Of a stretch of DNA of 44,587 nucleotides, positions 26,276 through 36,017 are shown one piece after another (the first letter of the stretch is position 1; every line of letters starts with the position of its first letter). The stretch covers positions 1 through 44,587 of the forward strand of contig WFTI01000035.1 in assembly GCA_015485585.1 (NCBI GenBank), read 5' to 3'. The notes under the pieces were generated by a model. That model was given only the letters and a program-made list of their open reading frames with translations, did no database searches and was not told the origin of the DNA. The position numbers and the translations under genes are program-made. The DNA comes from Candidatus Dojkabacteria bacterium (lineage in GTDB: Bacteria > Patescibacteriota > Dojkabacteria > GCA-002793355).

Positions 26276-27517
26276 ATGGATCTGACATTTAAACTTTACC
26301 CGATACTTAACAGTCAGGGGGAGTTTACACTAGAGCTTTCGACAGTAATCGAGAATACACGAATAAGTGCTTCGGTTCCCACTGGAACAAGCGTAGGAAC
26401 AAAAGAGGCTGTCTCGTTCTCTGTGGTTCAATCAATAGATGCTATAAAACGGTACAATCTTTTAAATATACTAAAAAATAAACTAACAGAACTACCTACT
26501 CCCCGAGAGTTTGATGAGATTCTTATAAACCTTGATCCTTCCCCCAACAAACAGGGGATCGGTGGAAATGTAACGCTTCTTTTTAGTGTGTTCTATGCAA
26601 AGGTTTACTCTTTTATGATGAGGATTCCTCTATATAAACTTCTGACTGAGGTCTATTATCCCCCTCTCTTTAATACTCGCTTGGGGGAAACTGTACTCCT
26701 TTTTAATCTTGTCAACGGAGGACGCCACGGAAATAGCCGGTTATTTTTTCAGGAGTTTAAAATAGGGTTTTTAGGTAAAAAAACCTTAATGGAACAGATT
26801 CAGCTTGCTGTACTTCTTAATAAACGGTTCAAACGTTTGTTAAAAGAGAACAATAAAAGCTACGGAATCGGTTTAGAAGGAGGATACATCTTTGAGGCTA
26901 CAGACGAAGAGGTTCTTGAGTTGTTGCAGAGAGGGGCTGAAGGCCTTGGCCTTCAGCCCCTCTCTGACTACGCCATCTTTCTTGACGTAGCCGCTTCAGA
27001 ACATGTCCACACCGAAGATCCTCAAAATTATACTTACTATATTCCTGCTAAAGAAAAGATTGTAGATGTTAATGGTTTAATTGACTGGTATACAGAACTT
27101 GCCAAGAAATTTCCAATTGTAGGTTTTGAAGACCCCTTTGCAGAAAACGACAATCTAGGATGGGAAAAATTCAAAACCGCCCCACGTCCACGACAGTACA
27201 TCATCACAGGAGATGATCTTACTGCAACAAACCCAACCATTATTAAAGAGAGTGCTCAAGCTAAATATATAAACAATGTCATAATTAAACCCAATCAGAT
27301 CGGTACCTTAAAAGAAACCTTCCAAGCTATCCATATCGCAAATAACGAACATATCACTATCACAATATCTCACCGGTCTCGCGAAACTAACGATACATTC
27401 CTCAGTCATATTGTTGCTGCGTGTAATCCAACGTATGCAAAATTGGGAAATATAGTACGCGGTGAACGAACAGAAAAATATAACGAACTTATCCGTATAG
27501 AACGTGAGCTCATCTAA
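26276..27517 (+). CDS. eno: enolase (divergent)
   Basis: NGGRH, QEF, EGG, DVAASE, EDPF, GDDL, KPNQIG, SHRS and ERTEKYNELIRIE motifs; start moved to ATG 26276. Confidence 0.93.
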   Translation: MDLTFKLYPILNSQGEFTLELSTVIENTRISASVPTGTSVGTKEAVSFSVVQSIDAIKRYNLLNILKNKLTELPTPREFDEILINLDPSPNKQGIGGNVTLLFSVFYAKVYSFMMRIPLYKLLTEVYYPPLFNTRLGETVLLFNLVNGGRHGNSRLFFQEFKIGFLGKKTLMEQIQLAVLLNKRFKRLLKENNKSYGIGLEGGYIFEATDEEVLELLQRGAEGLGLQPLSDYAIFLDVAASEHVHTEDPQNYTYYIPAKEKIVDVNGLIDWYTELAKKFPIVGFEDPFAENDNLGWEKFKTAPRPRQYIITGDDLTATNPTIIKESAQAKYINNVIIKPNQIGTLKETFQAIHIANNEHITITISHRSRETNDTFLSHIVAACNPTYAKLGNIVRGERTEKYNELIRIERELI

Positions 27518-29232
27518 TAAACTATCCCAAGATCATCTTTTATCGCCTCAAAGATCTCTACCCATGTGGGAGCAGCAGTAGTAGAACCCGTTGTGTATTT
27601 TTTGGGACGTTCAAATTTAACCAGCATAATAAATCTTGGATCATACGCAGGAGCAAACCCCACAAAAGTAGTATTTACTGCATCCTCAAGATATCCCCCT
27701 CCTTCAGGGTTTGGAATCTGAGCAGTACCAGTTTTTCCGGCTATATCAATTTTCCCTTTATATCTCTTAAAAAGTCCTCTGCGCATAGTAGCAGAAACCA
27801 TAAATGAAACAACGTTTCTTACGGTGTCCTCTGAAAAGACTCTTTCTACAGCATGAGGCGTAAATCTTATACGTTCTTCAGAGTCATAGATCTCCTTAAT
27901 CAGAAAAGGTTGCATCCTTACCCCATTGTTCGCAAGGGTAGAATGAGCCGATATGATCTGAAGAGGTGTAGCTGAAACCATCTGTCCAAACGCCGATACA
28001 GCAAGATCTACCTTATTCCACTTGCTAGGTGGTTTAAGGTAGCTTGTTTCTTCTTCTTGCAAACCTATATTTAGCAATGTACCTATCCCGAGTTTGCGAA
28101 GATAGCCGTACATTATCTCAGGAGTCAGTTTAAGAGCAATCGTTGCACTACACACATTGTTTGAACGATATAGAATATCGGCTAGTCCTAACCAACCGTA
28201 CCTTTTACGTCTAAAGTTATAGATCTTCTTATCAAGCACCTCTAATACCCCGCTATCAAAGCATTTGAAATTAGTATCTATTACTTTCTCTTCTAAAGCC
28301 ATAGCTAAAGTAAGTGGTTTTTGAACCGAACCATATTCATAAGGATCAGTCACGGCCTTGTTTTTGAAAATCGTATAGTCCTCTACCTTATAGTACGTGT
28401 TTGGATCATAGTTAGGATAATTAGCCATCGCCAAAATAGCGCCGGTCTTAGGATCCATTACAATTACTGTCCCTGACAAAGCCTCATACTCTTTTACTTT
28501 CTGTTCTAAAATCTCCTCAACTTTACGCTGTATCTTAGAATTGATGGTAAGTACTATATTCTTCCCTTCACGCATCACATATCTTCTATAATCTGCCGCT
28601 GACAAGATACGTCCTTTGATGTCTCTTTCATGTACGATCTGCCCCATACGCCCACTAAGTTCAGGCCAGAAGTATCCTTCAATACCATATACTCCTCTGT
28701 ACTTTTGATCATCTTCTTTAACAACAAAACCTAAAACATGTGATAAGAACCTTCCCGCAGGATAAAGCCGTCTAATCTCTTCTTTAAAGTAAACCCCAAC
28801 AATCTGATTCTCTTTAAGCTTTGCCTCTAATCGTTCTTTCTCGGTCTCTTCTAATAACTTATCAAAGAGATAATACGAAACCTCATCAAACGGTATAGGA
28901 TCTTCACTAACTTTAATATCAAACTGAGCCAATACCTCTCTTAACACCCCCCATCTCTCTTTTAACTTCTCATATTCTTCTTCATGAACAATAGAGATAA
29001 AAGGACGCCAAAAAATACGATCTGTTGCTACAGTGATGCCATCTGCCGTAAATATATCCCCCCGCTCGTTCTGAATCTTCTGCTCAGCTTCGATATACAC
29101 ACTACCTAATCTTTTAAAACCTCCTGCATCTGCGATCTGCCACCGAAAAAGCTGCACTATAAGCAACAAAAAAGCAATAAACCAAAACCCGATATTTACG
29201 TAATAGAAACCTCTTTTATCTTGAAGCCTCAT
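27514..29232 (-). CDS. ftsI: cell-division class B PBP (FtsI/PBP3-like)
   Basis: RGDIF, RLYP, GIEG; SVQK, SNN and KTGTAQ motifs; follows mraZ-rsmH-ftsL. Confidence 0.88.
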   Translation of the reverse strand: MRLQDKRGFYYVNIGFWFIAFLLLIVQLFRWQIADAGGFKRLGSVYIEAEQKIQNERGDIFTADGITVATDRIFWRPFISIVHEEEYEKLKERWGVLREVLAQFDIKVSEDPIPFDEVSYYLFDKLLEETEKERLEAKLKENQIVGVYFKEEIRRLYPAGRFLSHVLGFVVKEDDQKYRGVYGIEGYFWPELSGRMGQIVHERDIKGRILSAADYRRYVMREGKNIVLTINSKIQRKVEEILEQKVKEYEALSGTVIVMDPKTGAILAMANYPNYDPNTYYKVEDYTIFKNKAVTDPYEYGSVQKPLTLAMALEEKVIDTNFKCFDSGVLEVLDKKIYNFRRKRYGWLGLADILYRSNNVCSATIALKLTPEIMYGYLRKLGIGTLLNIGLQEEETSYLKPPSKWNKVDLAVSAFGQMVSATPLQIISAHSTLANNGVRMQPFLIKEIYDSEERIRFTPHAVERVFSEDTVRNVVSFMVSATMRRGLFKRYKGKIDIAGKTGTAQIPNPEGGGYLEDAVNTTFVGFAPAYDPRFIMLVKFERPKKYTTGSTTAAPTWVEIFEAIKDDLGIVY

Positions 29233-29509
29233 AGCTTTCTGTATACTGATGTAACACTACAGTTCTTGCCGGTTTATCTACTAAATCTAATGAGGCACCA
29301 GACAGATCTATGCTCAGGAGGTTGGTATGCGTCTTAAATAAAGAAAGATCACTATTAAAAAGCAGTAACTTAGTATTTACTTCACGGATATTGTAATCAA
29401 CGATCCCAAGCTTACGAATTGCAGGAGTAGCTAATAGTTGAAAAATTAGGTATCCTCCCAAGAATACAAAGGTAATAGCCCATAATAATAGAACAGCTCT
29501 TATCTTCAT
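29216..29509 (-). CDS. small single-TM protein, positional FtsL equivalent
   Basis: 97 aa with N-terminal TM then amphipathic helix; between rsmH and ftsI. Confidence 0.5.
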   Translation of the reverse strand: MKIRAVLLLWAITFVFLGGYLIFQLLATPAIRKLGIVDYNIREVNTKLLLFNSDLSLFKTHTNLLSIDLSGASLDLVDKPARTVVLHQYTESYEASR

Positions 29510-30495
29510 GTTCTGCTTAACACATACATCTTAGCGCTTCGAGCCTTAGGATTTTCCCGTATCTCTCCTCGTGTGGGCACTACTACCTCATCTATCCCCA
29601 TTCCATGCGGAAGTTTCTCTTCAATTATTCGCCATTCTCCAGAGTGAAAAGCTATAATAAGGGCTGTACCTTTTTCACAAAGTATATGTGGAAGGTTTTC
29701 TAAAAGCTCTCTAAGGTTATCAAGCTCCATATTCACCGCCATACGTAAGGCTAAAAACACCAAGGTAGCTAAATTAAGCCTCCCTAAGGATGATTTTCTT
29801 AAAGGAAGCACTTTATTGGCAATCTTTTGAATCCGTACTACATCATCCTTATCTCCGAAAGGTTTCTTCTCTCTCTCCACTTCTATCTCCCATGCCAATG
29901 AAGCAGCAAACTTTGAAGGCATTCCAACATTTTCTTCAAATAAGCGTTTTAATTCGTTCCGACTCAAGAAATTTAGTAGATCATACGCTTTAACATTATA
30001 AGTATCTGGATCCATACGCATATCTAAACTCGCACTTGATGAAGCAAAAGAAAAACCACGTTTCTTATCCTCAAGCTGAGGAGATGATACCCCAAGATCA
30101 GCCAATACAAGGTCAACGCAATGTTTTTCGTGCTGTAGCTCTTTTATCACTTCACTTAAAATGGTCTGAATATATGCAAAATTGCCATGGACAATGGCCC
30201 AAGCAACATTTTCACCCCCATCACTCTCATATACTTTCTTTAGACCTTCTTGAGGGGTATAAGTAAAATAGAAAGCAACCTCTTCTTTAAAACGGTCAAA
30301 TACATCATCAACTGCCTCTTTGTCCCAGTCAATTGATAAAAGAAACCCACCTGTTCTTTGTTTCAGTAACTCATAAATCTTTGCAGAGTGCCCACCATAA
30401 CCTAAAGTAACATCTACGATCATAGGGAACCTCTCTTTTATCTTTGTTACGTATTCAAGCACCTCATTAAGCATTACAGGTACATGTTTTTTCAT
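29506..30495 (-). CDS. rsmH: 16S rRNA m4C1402 methyltransferase RsmH (MraW)
   Basis: HVPVMLNEV, D-x-TLG-x-GGHS, DLGVSS-x-QL, RGFSF, LDMRM and NPKARSAK motifs. Confidence 0.97.
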   Translation of the reverse strand: MKKHVPVMLNEVLEYVTKIKERFPMIVDVTLGYGGHSAKIYELLKQRTGGFLLSIDWDKEAVDDVFDRFKEEVAFYFTYTPQEGLKKVYESDGGENVAWAIVHGNFAYIQTILSEVIKELQHEKHCVDLVLADLGVSSPQLEDKKRGFSFASSSASLDMRMDPDTYNVKAYDLLNFLSRNELKRLFEENVGMPSKFAASLAWEIEVEREKKPFGDKDDVVRIQKIANKVLPLRKSSLGRLNLATLVFLALRMAVNMELDNLRELLENLPHILCEKGTALIIAFHSGEWRIIEEKLPHGMGIDEVVVPTRGEIRENPKARSAKMYVLSRT

Positions 30496-30971
30496 TCTCC
30501 TAGTCCTTGATTATCTAATAGATCTGCAATATCAACTACATCCCGTTTTAATCGCTCCATTGCGTTGTTCCAGTCATCTTTTCGCCAGATCTCAATCCAG
30601 TTATAAAGACCTGCTACAACAAGTTTGTCACCTACTTCTAATGTTTTATTCCCCAGTTCACGTAGCGAGTTAGGAATAACTACCCTTCCTTGGGAATCAA
30701 GATCAAGCAAGAACGCATGGGCAACAAGATACCGTAACATAGCTCTGACATTCCGATTAAGCATCGAACGAGAGGTAAGAGGAGCAATCAAGGTCTGCCA
30801 TCTACTAATCTCAAACACATAGAGGTTGCTATCTATACCCTTTGTAAGCACAATCTGAGATCCAAGCAAGTTGCGAAAACGCGCCGGAAAAACAATACGA
30901 AATCCCGATAATACATTGACTTCATAGTTCCCTATAAAGGCTTTTACTCCCCCCTTCTTTTTATCTGCCAT
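30492..30971 (-). CDS. mraZ: dcw transcriptional regulator MraZ
   Basis: Two AbrB-like repeats (RIVFPARFR; DSQGRVVIP), IEIW; upstream of rsmH. Confidence 0.94.
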   Translation of the reverse strand: MADKKKGGVKAFIGNYEVNVLSGFRIVFPARFRNLLGSQIVLTKGIDSNLYVFEISRWQTLIAPLTSRSMLNRNVRAMLRYLVAHAFLLDLDSQGRVVIPNSLRELGNKTLEVGDKLVVAGLYNWIEIWRKDDWNNAMERLKRDVVDIADLLDNQGLGE

Positions 30972-31001
30972 ATTATGCCATTATACACCATAATCCACCA
31001 T
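30968..31001 (-). promoter_or_regulatory. putative MraZ operator: four ATGG boxes at exact 10-bp period overlapping the -10 TATAAT (30980-30985) and the start codon
   Basis: Plus-strand ccat at 30968, 30978, 30988 and 30998. Confidence 0.7.
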
Positions 31002-31090
31002 TATCAACATCCTAAAAGACCTTTAATAACACCTGATACTAACACAAAGACTGCAAAATTTACCGATGAACATAAATCACCCAACTAACA

Positions 31091-33790
31091 TTAAGGAGTT
31101 ATTGTGGGAGTTGGTGTAGGAGTAAGGGTAGGAGTAATCGTAGGGGTAACTGTAGGAGTTGGTGTTGGAGTAATAGCAGGAGAAACTACAATCTCTACTC
31201 CTTGACGGTTGCTCAAACCATCTTCACCTACTGCTTCAACGGTTATGGTATACGTGCCCGGTAAAAAGGAAGCAGGCAAAGTATAGACATAGTTAAAACT
31301 CTTAGTATTAGCGAACTCCTTGATCAGGGTATCGTTTATATAGAGTCTAATACTGGTAATAGCCTTAGCATACGATACAGAACCTGAGATCGTGATATTA
31401 CTCTCTACTGGAACGGTCTGACCATCTGTAGGAGAAACGATATTTATCTGCGGAAGCAAGGCAAGATCACATGGTTCTTCAGCTGGTCGTTCTTGCCACA
31501 ATTTATACCCCACCTTCTCTTTGAGATAAGTAAGATAAGTTGCTGTGTGTTGAGGAATCGGTAATGAGTAATCGAAAAACCACTGATCTTCAATAAGACC
31601 AAATGCTCTTGCTTCATCAGCATTTGTTGCAATCTTTCCGGTTGGTTTACAGATCGGTACCTTAATATGCGCGTTATCAGTAGGAATCTTAAGCGAAGCC
31701 GGCGCAACTACCAGTTTTTTCTCACAAGGAACCTCATCTGAAGCTGGTATATACCCTGTATCTTTACATACCGTAACCCGTTTAATACCCGGAGGAGTTT
31801 TAAAGAACTCATATCCAAATTTAGGTACAAGTTTCTTCATTAGATCATTGGCGATAGGGAGTGGTACATTAGCTCCCCATCCTTGTCCCCTTCGGCCATA
31901 AGTCTTTTTACCATTATTATTTCCTGCCCACACCCCGATAACTAAACGAGGATAGTAAAGAATCGCCACGAGGTCTTTAGGACCATTAGTCGTTCCTGTT
32001 TTACCACAAAGCTTCTGTCCAGGAATATAATAGGCCCAGTTTGAAAGGCCGCGATGATTCCCATCAATACGGCAAAGTATCCAGTTAATCATATAAATAT
32101 ATTTTCTATCTACAACCCTCTTGCTGTTCTTATTAGGATCGTATTTGTAGATTACTTTGCCATCTTTATCTTTAACCTCTAAAATAACCGTGGGTTTATG
32201 ATAGATTCCTTCGGCAGCAAAAACCGCATACCCGTTTGTATGCTCAAGTAACTTCATCTCAGCAGAACCTATGGCGATACTTAAACCGTACCTATCAGGG
32301 TCAGTAAGGGTAGTAATTCCTAACCTTCGGGCTATGTTAACGTATGCTTGAGCACCACCAGCAAGTTGAAGAGTATATACAGCAGGAACATTACGTGAGG
32401 CGTTCAATGCCTCTGCCATAACCATTATGCCTTTGTAGCCTTTATCCCAGTTCTGAACATTGTATCGGTAAAACTTAAACGGCACATCAGGAGCAGGGGT
32501 ACCCGGGAAATACCCTTTTTCAAAAGCTGCAAGGTAAGCATAAGGCTTAGCAGTAGACCCCATCTGACGTAAACTTACAGCCACATTTACATTACCGTCT
32601 ATTCGTGGATCATCTGTTTTGTTATAGTCAACTGAACCTATCATAGTAAGTACTTCGCCATTCTTCGGATTAATGATTACTAATGCAGCATTACATGCGC
32701 CATACCAATCACAGAATTTACTCATTTTGGTTTTAATCTCTTCTTCGGCAAGCTGGTATACCTCCATATCAAGGGTAGTTCTTACCTGCAGTCCAGCGGT
32801 TCTTAATGTATCGGCTCCATACATCTCTTCTAGTTGAGAGATCACATAAAACACAAAATGTGGGGCCTTTATATCAAGCTGGGCAGGCTTTAATACTAAA
32901 GGTTCTCGTTTTGCTGCTTCGATCTGTTCTTTGGTGACTCCGGTCAGATCTCGATATTTATACATAAGGTCAAGCACCTGGTTTCTACGTTTTAAAGCCA
33001 CCTCAACATTCCCTGATTTAACCTGGGTAATATAGTAGGATGGCCTATGGATTATTCCAGCCAAGAATGCTGCCTCTGCTAAAGTAAGGTCTTTTGGCTC
33101 TTTATTAAAATAAGATTTTGCAGCAGCCCTAATCCCATAATTTACGCCTCCTAACGGTACCTCATTAAGATAAAGCTCTAAAATCTCATCTTTTGACAGT
33201 TTCTTCTCAAGCTGTAAACTAACGATTATCTCCACTAGTTTACGAGTAATAGTACGCTCATAAGCCTTTTTACGCCCCCATACCCGTTCTAGTATTACGT
33301 TTCTTACTAACTGTTGGGTAATAGTACTAGCTCCCGTAATACGATAGGTTCGCCCTGTTAATCTTCTAAGGATAGACTTTGCGATAGCAACAAAGTCTAC
33401 TCCCTTATGGTAATAAAACTCTATATCTTCAGCAGACATTACTGCCCACTTCACATGGTCAGGAATCTCTTCTAACGGAACAAACTCTCGATACTCGTCT
33501 TTATATAAGACATACAGCAGATTCCAATCACGATCATAGATTTTTGTCGCCAGCTCAGGGGAAACTGACACAAACTTTCCAGGATCAGGTAATCGAGAGT
33601 TAACATATCCTAAATAACCTAAAAGCCAGATGGTTCCTACAACTGCCACTATGAAAGCAAATCCCAAAATACCTAACAATAAAGCCAAAACTCTTTTTTT
33701 ATACTTCCGTTTCTTATGAAATCGTAATGATACCTTTTTGGGGCTTTTTTGCATGACAATAACCCCCCTTTTTCTTATTCTTGGACGCAT
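31091..33790 (-). CDS. class A penicillin-binding protein (transglycosylase + transpeptidase) with C-terminal Ig-like domain and Pro/Thr tail
   Basis: EDIEFYYHKGVD, GASTITQQL, RKLVE, LYLN; STAK, SRN and KTGTT; start placed at 33790 from TACAAT 7 nt upstream (33754 is an alternative). Confidence 0.93.
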   Translation of the reverse strand: MRPRIRKRGVIVMQKSPKKVSLRFHKKRKYKKRVLALLLGILGFAFIVAVVGTIWLLGYLGYVNSRLPDPGKFVSVSPELATKIYDRDWNLLYVLYKDEYREFVPLEEIPDHVKWAVMSAEDIEFYYHKGVDFVAIAKSILRRLTGRTYRITGASTITQQLVRNVILERVWGRKKAYERTITRKLVEIIVSLQLEKKLSKDEILELYLNEVPLGGVNYGIRAAAKSYFNKEPKDLTLAEAAFLAGIIHRPSYYITQVKSGNVEVALKRRNQVLDLMYKYRDLTGVTKEQIEAAKREPLVLKPAQLDIKAPHFVFYVISQLEEMYGADTLRTAGLQVRTTLDMEVYQLAEEEIKTKMSKFCDWYGACNAALVIINPKNGEVLTMIGSVDYNKTDDPRIDGNVNVAVSLRQMGSTAKPYAYLAAFEKGYFPGTPAPDVPFKFYRYNVQNWDKGYKGIMVMAEALNASRNVPAVYTLQLAGGAQAYVNIARRLGITTLTDPDRYGLSIAIGSAEMKLLEHTNGYAVFAAEGIYHKPTVILEVKDKDGKVIYKYDPNKNSKRVVDRKYIYMINWILCRIDGNHRGLSNWAYYIPGQKLCGKTGTTNGPKDLVAILYYPRLVIGVWAGNNNGKKTYGRRGQGWGANVPLPIANDLMKKLVPKFGYEFFKTPPGIKRVTVCKDTGYIPASDEVPCEKKLVVAPASLKIPTDNAHIKVPICKPTGKIATNADEARAFGLIEDQWFFDYSLPIPQHTATYLTYLKEKVGYKLWQERPAEEPCDLALLPQINIVSPTDGQTVPVESNITISGSVSYAKAITSIRLYINDTLIKEFANTKSFNYVYTLPASFLPGTYTITVEAVGEDGLSNRQGVEIVVSPAITPTPTPTVTPTITPTLTPTPTPTITP
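31094..31174 (-). repeat. Pro/Thr low-complexity repeat at the PBP C-terminus
   Basis: Encodes ...TPTPTPTVTPTITPTLTPTPTPTITP; degenerate at the DNA level. Confidence 0.85.
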
Positions 33791-33818
33791 ATACACGATT
33801 GTACTATATAATCCAGAT
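33791..33818. promoter_or_regulatory. divergent -10 pair: TACAAT (minus, 33798-33803) and TATAAT (plus, 33807-33812)
   Basis: 7 nt and 6 nt from the flanking ATGs at 33790 and 33819. Confidence 0.65.
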
Positions 33819-33923
33819 ATGAAAAAAGCTACAAAGGAGATAATCAAAAAGGTGGTAGTGGTGTTGCTCGTACTCTTTCTAATCTTATCTATGGCGACTA
33901 ATATACTGTTCTTGTTTACGTAA
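33819..33923 (+). CDS. 34-aa single-TM small protein
   Basis: MKKATKEIIKKVVVVLLVLFLILSMATNILFLFT*; TATAAT 6 nt upstream; ends 9 nt before recG. Confidence 0.65.
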   Translation: MKKATKEIIKKVVVVLLVLFLILSMATNILFLFT

Positions 33924-33932
33924 CTTTAAACG

Positions 33933-36017
33933 ATGTTAACCCTTGACCAACCAGTTACAAACATCAAGTATATAGGGGAAAAGGTTGCAACGTTATTAAA
34001 AAAGAAAGGAATTACTACGATACTTGATCTTCTTAATTATTTTCCTTACAAATATGAGAACACTAAAAATATCTACTCGATCTCAAAGGTATACAACTAC
34101 TTTGACAAATACCTTGTGCTTGCCCCCTCTGGAAAACTTAAGCTTAAACTCGGTACAATAGGAATTGTTGAAGAGACAACATTGATACAACCTAAATACA
34201 AACGGAATATCAAAATAATAAAAAGCGTCATAGTTGATGAGAAAAATCCAAACGATAAGATTTCGGCAATTTGGTTTAATCAGATCCACATTTTAAAAAC
34301 CTTAAAAAAAGGAGAAAAAGTAGTACTGTACGGAGATATCTATAAACGAGGAAGCCATCTTGAAATGATCAACCCCCAGTTTGAAATCTATAAGATTCCT
34401 CTTACCCATCTTGGAAGGCTAACACCAGTATATGAGCGGGTCTCTAAAAAGATAAGTCCCAAAATGATAAGACGGTACATAAATGAGATTAAACCTCTCA
34501 TAGGCTCTATAAAAGAGTTTATTCCTCATACTCTAAGAAAAGAGTTTAATATCCTTAATCTGGCAGACGCTTATTATAAGATCCATTTTCCGAGTGAAAA
34601 ACAAGACATAGTAAAAGCCTACGAACGGCTTGCTATTCAAGAGGTTCTGGAGATGCTTGCCTCATCTAAAAAAGAGGAGGTTAAAACTCCCTCACTCTTT
34701 TCTATTAATCCTCAGTTAGTTGAACAGTTCAAAGAGTATATAGAGGAATATAAAAAGCTCCTTCCTTTTACCTTAACAGAGGATCAAGAGAAAGCCACCT
34801 TACAGATAGTGACTAACTGGGCTCAAAACAAACAGAGCGTTTTCTTGTATGGAGATGTAGGAAGCGGAAAAACTGTGGTGTTCTTCTTGCTTGCCCTTGC
34901 ATTCGGAAAATTGGGGTATTCCTCTATAATTATGGCCCCCACCTCAATCCTTGCAACCCAACACTATAAAACATTTACCGAACTCTTTGCTAGGGGTAAA
35001 GAACTATTTGATATAAACCTGATGTTGGTTACCTCATCGACAAAAAATAAGAAAAAACTTGTTATAGAGCGCCCTAGTATCGTTATAGGAACCCATGCCC
35101 TACTTTTCCGTGATATAGATTTTAAATCTTATCCACCTGCTCTTGTGGCTGTAGATGAAGAGCATAAATTCGGTATTTTCCAACGAGAAAAGCTTAAACA
35201 CCTCAACAAAGAGGGTTTTATGCCTTACCAACTATCGCTCTCAGCCACTCCTATTCCACGCACTCTAGCCCTTAGCCTATATGGATATCAAGAAGCTGTG
35301 TATATCACTACCAAACCTAAAGGTCGAAAAACCGTAAAATCACATCTTGTTCCTCCACATAAATTGGACGATCTATTAAGATGGGTCTCTGAACAGATCA
35401 AAAAGGGAGAACAGGTATTTTTTGTCTTTCCTCGAATAGAAGGAGAAGAGATCGAAAACTTCCCCCTAACCCTTTGGTATGACATGTTAACAGCCCACCC
35501 GGATCTAAAAGAGATAAAAACAGGAGTTCTTCATGGAAAAATGAAGGAAGCCGAGAAAAACCGTATAATCGAAGCTTTCAGTAAGAAAGAGATAAAACTG
35601 CTGTTTACAACTACCATAATCGAGGTAGGAATAGATATTCCTACAGCTAACATAATGGTTATCTTTGGTCCCGAATATATGGGCCTTGCCCAGCTTCATC
35701 AGTTAAGAGGGAGAGTAGGACGTTCAGACAAACAAGCTTATTGTTTCCTTTTTAGTTACAATACCCAACCATCGGTTCAAAACAGACTACACTTCTTTAC
35801 TCGACACAATGATGGTATAAAAATAGCAGAATACGATCTTAAAAACCGCGGTCCTGGAGACATCCTCATAGGGACACAACAACACGGTTGGCGACGCCTT
35901 AAGATCGCAAACCTTAATGACTACCATACATTAAACAAAGCCATCACTATCTTCCAAAGATTAAAAGAAGAAAGGGTTAATGTATTACACTATCTTACTC
36001 CGCCCCCTTTAGAGTAA
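33933..36017 (+). CDS. recG: ATP-dependent DNA helicase RecG
   Basis: WFNQ wedge, GDVGSGKT, MAPT-x-ILA-x-QH, DEEHKFG, SATPIPRTL and QLHQLRGRVGR motifs. Confidence 0.97.
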   Translation: MLTLDQPVTNIKYIGEKVATLLKKKGITTILDLLNYFPYKYENTKNIYSISKVYNYFDKYLVLAPSGKLKLKLGTIGIVEETTLIQPKYKRNIKIIKSVIVDEKNPNDKISAIWFNQIHILKTLKKGEKVVLYGDIYKRGSHLEMINPQFEIYKIPLTHLGRLTPVYERVSKKISPKMIRRYINEIKPLIGSIKEFIPHTLRKEFNILNLADAYYKIHFPSEKQDIVKAYERLAIQEVLEMLASSKKEEVKTPSLFSINPQLVEQFKEYIEEYKKLLPFTLTEDQEKATLQIVTNWAQNKQSVFLYGDVGSGKTVVFFLLALAFGKLGYSSIIMAPTSILATQHYKTFTELFARGKELFDINLMLVTSSTKNKKKLVIERPSIVIGTHALLFRDIDFKSYPPALVAVDEEHKFGIFQREKLKHLNKEGFMPYQLSLSATPIPRTLALSLYGYQEAVYITTKPKGRKTVKSHLVPPHKLDDLLRWVSEQIKKGEQVFFVFPRIEGEEIENFPLTLWYDMLTAHPDLKEIKTGVLHGKMKEAEKNRIIEAFSKKEIKLLFTTTIIEVGIDIPTANIMVIFGPEYMGLAQLHQLRGRVGRSDKQAYCFLFSYNTQPSVQNRLHFFTRHNDGIKIAEYDLKNRGPGDILIGTQQHGWRRLKIANLNDYHTLNKAITIFQRLKEERVNVLHYLTPPPLE

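Noticed and set aside
30968-31174. Short repeats as a possible CRISPR array or iterons
   Set aside because: They are 4-bp boxes at 10-bp period (MraZ-type) and a coding Pro/Thr repeat; there is no repeat-spacer structure and no cas or rep gene
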